Below, piece by piece: positions 60,045-64,000 of a stretch of 64,000 bases of DNA. The notes beneath the pieces were generated by a model, which was given only the letters and a program-made list of their open reading frames with translations, made no database searches and was not told the DNA's origin. The position numbers were made by a program, and so were the translations under genes. The first letter of the stretch is position 1; each line of letters opens with the position of its first letter. Source of the stretch: an uncultured delta proteobacterium (GTDB taxonomy: Bacteria; Myxococcota; Myxococcia; Myxococcales; Myxococcaceae); NCBI GenBank assembly GCA_963713045.1, contig CAVQKE010000006.1:288001-352000 (forward strand), read 5' to 3'.

Positions 60045-60763
60045 TTGAGGCGCAAGGGCTGACGAAGCGCTACGGCCAGGTGGACGCCGCCAGGGGCGTC
60101 TCCTTCACCGTCGCGCCGGGCGAAGTGGTCGGGCTGCTTGGCCCCAACGGCGCCGGGAAAACCACCGTCCTGCGGATGCTGGCCGGCATCCTCACCCCCA
60201 CCGAAGGCGAGGCGCGGGTGGCCGGGCATGCCGCCAGCCAGGATGCCTTCGCCCTCAAGCGGTGCTTGGGCTTCCTGTCGGGAGACACCGCGCTCTACCA
60301 GCGGCTGACGCCGCGCGAGGTGCTGCGCTACTTCGGCCGCCTCAATGACATTGAAGAAAAGGCCCTCGACCGGCGCATTGAAGTGCTTTTGGACGCCTTC
60401 CACATGCGGGACTTCGCCGACCGACAATGCCGCACGCTGTCGGCCGGCCAGAAGCAGCGTGCCAACGTGGCACGGGCCTTCCTCCATGACCCGCCGGCCT
60501 TCATTCTGGACGAGCCCACCACCGCCCTGGACGTCGTCTCCGGACGCTTTCTGTTGGACGCCATCCGCGCCGAGCGCGCCAAAGGAAAGGCCATCCTCTT
60601 CTCCACCCACGTTTTGGGGGACGCCGAGGCCCTCTGCGACCGGGTGGTGCTGCTTCACCAGGGCCGGGTGCTGGACGACGGGACGGTGCAGGACGTCATC
60701 GCCCGCGCCGGCGCGCACACCCTCACCGACGCCTTCTTGGCGCGCATTGGGGCGGCGGCATGA
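60041..60763 (+). CDS. ABC transporter ATP-binding protein (NatA-like)
   Basis: GPNGAGKTT, LSAGQ, ILDEPT, STH. Confidence 0.93.
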   Translation: MIEAQGLTKRYGQVDAARGVSFTVAPGEVVGLLGPNGAGKTTVLRMLAGILTPTEGEARVAGHAASQDAFALKRCLGFLSGDTALYQRLTPREVLRYFGRLNDIEEKALDRRIEVLLDAFHMRDFADRQCRTLSAGQKQRANVARAFLHDPPAFILDEPTTALDVVSGRFLLDAIRAERAKGKAILFSTHVLGDAEALCDRVVLLHQGRVLDDGTVQDVIARAGAHTLTDAFLARIGAAA

Positions 60764-62790
60764 GGGCGCACATCGTCTGGCACATTTTCCGGAAGGACTT
60801 GCTGGAAACGCTGCGCGACCGTCGGGCCCTCTTCACCACCCTGGTCCTGCCGATTGTCATCTACCCGCTGCTCCTCACTGCCATTGGCAGCTTCACCAGC
60901 AACAAGCGCGAAGAAATTGCCGGCCGCATCGCCCGCCTGGCCGTCTGGGGGCCGGTGCCGGAGGGGGCTGTCCAGGCAGTCCTTCAAGACAAGGCCACCC
61001 TGGTGGGGCGGGAAGCGTCGGTGCCGGCCAATGCCGTGGAGCGCGCCCGCAAGGCGGTGGCCGACAAGCAGCTGGACGTGGTGCTGGTGACGCCCGACGC
61101 CGCCTTGGGCCCCAGCATCCCGGTGCAGGTGTACGGCGACTCCACCCAGCTGGAATCCGAGGCCATGCAGCAGCGCGTCCTGACGGCCCTGCGCAAGCAT
61201 GAGGCCAAGCTTCTGGAGGAACGGATGGTGGCGCTCGGCCAGCCGGCCGTCAGCGCCCAGCCGTTGGTGGTGGAGGAGGCGGATTTGTCCAGCAGCGCTC
61301 GGCGGGCGGCTTCGCTGGTGGGCAGCATTCTGCCCTACCTGGTGCTGGTGCTTCTGGCCTCGTCGGCCTTCTATTCGGCCATTGACTTGACGGCCGGCGA
61401 GAAGGAACGCGGCACGCTGCAGACGCTTCTGACTGCCCCGGTGCACGCCCTGGAAGTGGTGGCCGGCAAGTACCTCACCATTGTCGCCATGACGATGGTG
61501 GCCGCCCTGGCCAACATCGGCTCGCTCAGCCTGGCCATCGGCCGGCTGCTTTCGGCGGAGGGCGGTGAGGCCAGCTTCCATATGACTCTGGGCGTGGGCC
61601 TGGCCCTCTTCTTCACCCTGGTGCCGGCGGCGCTGCTGTTGGCCGCGCTCTTCATCTCGGTGGGCGTCATGGCCCGCACCTACAAGGAGGGGCAGAGCTA
61701 CCTGATGCCCCTGCTGCTGCTGGTGGTGTTTGCCGCCACTGTCAGCACCCTGCCCGGCGTCGAACTGACGCCGGCGCTGGCCCTGGTGCCGCTGACCAAC
61801 GTCGCCCTCCTGATGCGGGAACTTCTCGACGGCCGGGCGAGTCTGGGGCTGGGCAGCCTGGTGCTCATCAGCAGCTTGGCCTACGCGGCCCTGGGGGTGG
61901 TGCTGGCTGCGCGGGTGTTTGAAACGGAGCAAGTGCTGCTGTCCGGGGAGAAGCCGTGGAAGGACGTCTTCGCCCGCAAGGCCAAGGGCGGCTTCACGCC
62001 GGGCAATACCGTCTTCTTCATCGCGCTGTTGGTGGTGGTGGTGTTTTACGCAAGCCTGCCTCTCATGGGCGCCGTCACCCGGGAGCAAGTCGGCCGGGCC
62101 ATCGCGCTTTCTCAGGTTGGCTTCTTCCTTTTGCCCTCGGTGGCCTGGGCGCTGGCCCTGCGCGTCCCTTTGGCAGACGCCTTTCAGCTGCGGCTGCCCT
62201 CACCCCGCGGCTTGGCCGGCGCGGCCCTGTTGGGACTTGGGGGTTGGGCGGTGGGGCTACTGACGGGCAGCCTGGTGTCCAACTTCCAAGGGGCACGCGA
62301 CTACGGCGAGCAGCTGGGGAATTTACTGGGCAAGCACGGGCCCCTCTCGCTGACTGCCGCGGTGCTGCTGGTGGGGGTGCTTCCGGCGCTGTGCGAGGAG
62401 GCCACCTTCCGCGGGGTGGTGCTGACGGGCCTGGCGCGCTCCGGTTCGGGCGTCCTGGCGGTGGTGGGAAGCGCATTGGCCTTCGGCCTCTTCCACGTCA
62501 ACCCGTGGCACATTTTGGCGGCGACGGTGCTGGGTTTGGTGCTGGGCTACGCTGCCTACCAGTCGCGCAGCCTCCTTCCCGGAGTCCTGATGCACGGCAT
62601 AAGCAATTCGCTGCAAATGGTGATGGTGCGGGTGCCGGCAGTGAAGGACGTCTTCTCCTCCTGGACGGCCATCGGCGTAGGCTTGGCGCTGACGGCCCTC
62701 GCCCTGTGGCTGCTCACCGGAAGCGGCCGGCCGAAGGCGGCGGCCACGGCCCGCCTGACTGGCCGCACGGCCGAGGAGGTGCACCCGTGA
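60760..62790 (+). CDS. NatB-like ABC permease fused to CPBP intramembrane protease
   Basis: AIDLTAGEKERGTLQTLL; ARTYKEGQ; EEATFRG, FGLFH, HGISN. Confidence 0.9.
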   Translation: MRAHIVWHIFRKDLLETLRDRRALFTTLVLPIVIYPLLLTAIGSFTSNKREEIAGRIARLAVWGPVPEGAVQAVLQDKATLVGREASVPANAVERARKAVADKQLDVVLVTPDAALGPSIPVQVYGDSTQLESEAMQQRVLTALRKHEAKLLEERMVALGQPAVSAQPLVVEEADLSSSARRAASLVGSILPYLVLVLLASSAFYSAIDLTAGEKERGTLQTLLTAPVHALEVVAGKYLTIVAMTMVAALANIGSLSLAIGRLLSAEGGEASFHMTLGVGLALFFTLVPAALLLAALFISVGVMARTYKEGQSYLMPLLLLVVFAATVSTLPGVELTPALALVPLTNVALLMRELLDGRASLGLGSLVLISSLAYAALGVVLAARVFETEQVLLSGEKPWKDVFARKAKGGFTPGNTVFFIALLVVVVFYASLPLMGAVTREQVGRAIALSQVGFFLLPSVAWALALRVPLADAFQLRLPSPRGLAGAALLGLGGWAVGLLTGSLVSNFQGARDYGEQLGNLLGKHGPLSLTAAVLLVGVLPALCEEATFRGVVLTGLARSGSGVLAVVGSALAFGLFHVNPWHILAATVLGLVLGYAAYQSRSLLPGVLMHGISNSLQMVMVRVPAVKDVFSSWTAIGVGLALTALALWLLTGSGRPKAAATARLTGRTAEEVHP

Positions 62791-63206
62791 AGCGGCTGTC
62801 CGCGTCCCTGCTGCTTCTCGCCCTGGTGGCCTGTCACACCGCCCCGCCAACGCGTTCCGCCACCCGCAAGGGCATTTTCAGCGGCACCGTCACCTACCGG
62901 GAAAAGCTGGCCCTGCCTGCCAATGCCCAGGTGTCGGTGCGGGTGTGGGACGCAATGCTGCCGCCGGACGTGGCGACGGTGGGCCAGGCGGACTTCCAGG
63001 CCCTGGGGAAGCAGGTGCCGCTGCCGTTCGAAGTTTTCTTTGAGCCGGCTCTCATTCAGTACAGCCACACCTACGGCGCGCGGGCCAGCATTTCCGTCGA
63101 CGGGGTGGTGTGGTTTCAGAGTGAAGCGCCGGTACCCGTCCTCACCCAAGGCGCCCCGGCGGTGGACGTGGTGCTGATGCTGAAGCGCGTCGCGCCACCG
63201 CCTTAA
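62787..63206 (+). CDS. YbaY-family lipoprotein
   Basis: Lipobox LVAC; SGTVTYREKLALP; QVPLPF; YGARASI. Confidence 0.88.
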   Translation: MKRLSASLLLLALVACHTAPPTRSATRKGIFSGTVTYREKLALPANAQVSVRVWDAMLPPDVATVGQADFQALGKQVPLPFEVFFEPALIQYSHTYGARASISVDGVVWFQSEAPVPVLTQGAPAVDVVLMLKRVAPPP

Positions 63207-63670
63207 ATGACGGAGGGCGGCTCGAAAATGCCGGAGGCGGTGGGCGACCACCGCATGGCGACGGCCTCGCCGGGGCAGGCTTTGAAGAGGGCGGAGGATT
63301 GAATTTCAGCGGGCACCTCCCGCCGCTTCAACCGGACGAAGCCGAAGCGCGGGAAGTAGTCCGAGGCGTTGGTGGTGAGGAGAAACACCTCGCGCAGCCC
63401 CTGCTCCACCGCCTCCTCGAGGAGTTGCCAGGTGAGACGGCTGCCGATGCCGGTGCCTTCGGATTCTGGCTGGACGGCCAGCGAGCGCAGAAGGCCGAGG
63501 CGTCCATGCACCTCGAGGCCGCCGGTGCCCAGCACCGTCCCCTCGCCATCGGCCACCCAGAAACGGTGGAGATGTTCCTCGAGGCCGTCCAGCGGCAGCC
63601 CCCGCTCCAGCAGCAGGGCCTCCACCGGCGCCATGTCCTCTGGCTGGGCTCTGCGCAGGGTGACGTCCAA
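63203..63670 (-). CDS. GNAT N-acetyltransferase (ArsN2-like)
   Basis: TTG with SD AGGAGG; GLLRSLAV; GTGIG; FLLTTNA..YF..FGF; CP near the C-terminus. Confidence 0.85.
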   Translation of the reverse strand: MDVTLRRAQPEDMAPVEALLLERGLPLDGLEEHLHRFWVADGEGTVLGTGGLEVHGRLGLLRSLAVQPESEGTGIGSRLTWQLLEEAVEQGLREVFLLTTNASDYFPRFGFVRLKRREVPAEIQSSALFKACPGEAVAMRWSPTASGIFEPPSVI

Positions 63671-64000
63671 CCGTCCTCCTTCTTGGCCCAGTCCCCCCCC
63701 GGGGCTGTGCCACCAGATGTCTGTTGAGGCGCGCACCCTTTGCGGCACGCCCGACTGCAAACTTTCTACCGACGGAACAGCCCACTTCCCCGAAGGCCAA
63801 GCACCTAAACAGTTGGCCGCGCGACTTCAGCGCCACTTTAGCGAAGAAAGACGTTGACGCTGCGCGGGCCATCCACCGCGCATTGGCGGGGTCCCCCAAG
63901 CCCCAGTACGAAAAAGGGTGAGAAGGGCCACCCTCCGCGCACCCCGACGGCGGCTGTCGCACACTTGTGTGACGCGTCGGGGCAGGGGAGGTGGCACCCC

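Noticed and set aside
1..64000. CRISPR arrays, tRNA/rRNA, IS elements, prophage, recognised defence operons
   Set aside because: None seen by eye; short or degenerate elements could be missed without covariance or HMM searches.

Overview
High-GC bacterial chromosomal segment, densely coding, with about 52 CDS. Gene content suggests Myxococcota (inference): Ser/Thr kinase, FrgA-like MshEN/HEAT protein, Pro-rich DnaJ/TPR and RDD proteins, and a sigma54-type promoter. Main blocks: tandem DUF5076-like genes; a single-HKD PLD-family protein with a C-terminal Cys cluster; Tat-exported Csp1-type copper storage protein + YheT hydrolase + CzcBAC/CusBAC-like RND pump; lipid genes; a propionyl-CoA carboxylase / methylmalonyl-CoA mutase cluster split by about 5.7 kb of unrelated genes; frgA-like/RDD/rsmE/prmA/M16/coiled-coil/hemW; an orphan CHASE3 kinase; kinase + TPR pseudo-transglutaminase; and UDG + NatAB-like ABC/CPBP + YbaY. 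I found no rRNA, tRNA, CRISPR array, transposase, integrase or prophage gene. Eight frameshifts (seven within 41.9-48.6 kb) look like assembly indel errors. I cannot point to one clearly proven new system. The best leads are the putative Fe-S PLD nuclease, the Csp1-hydrolase-RND copper module, repeated CTG-start/TGA-stop coupling, the kinase/pseudo-transglutaminase pair and the UDG-ABC-protease operon. All family calls come from motif recognition; no database search was run.
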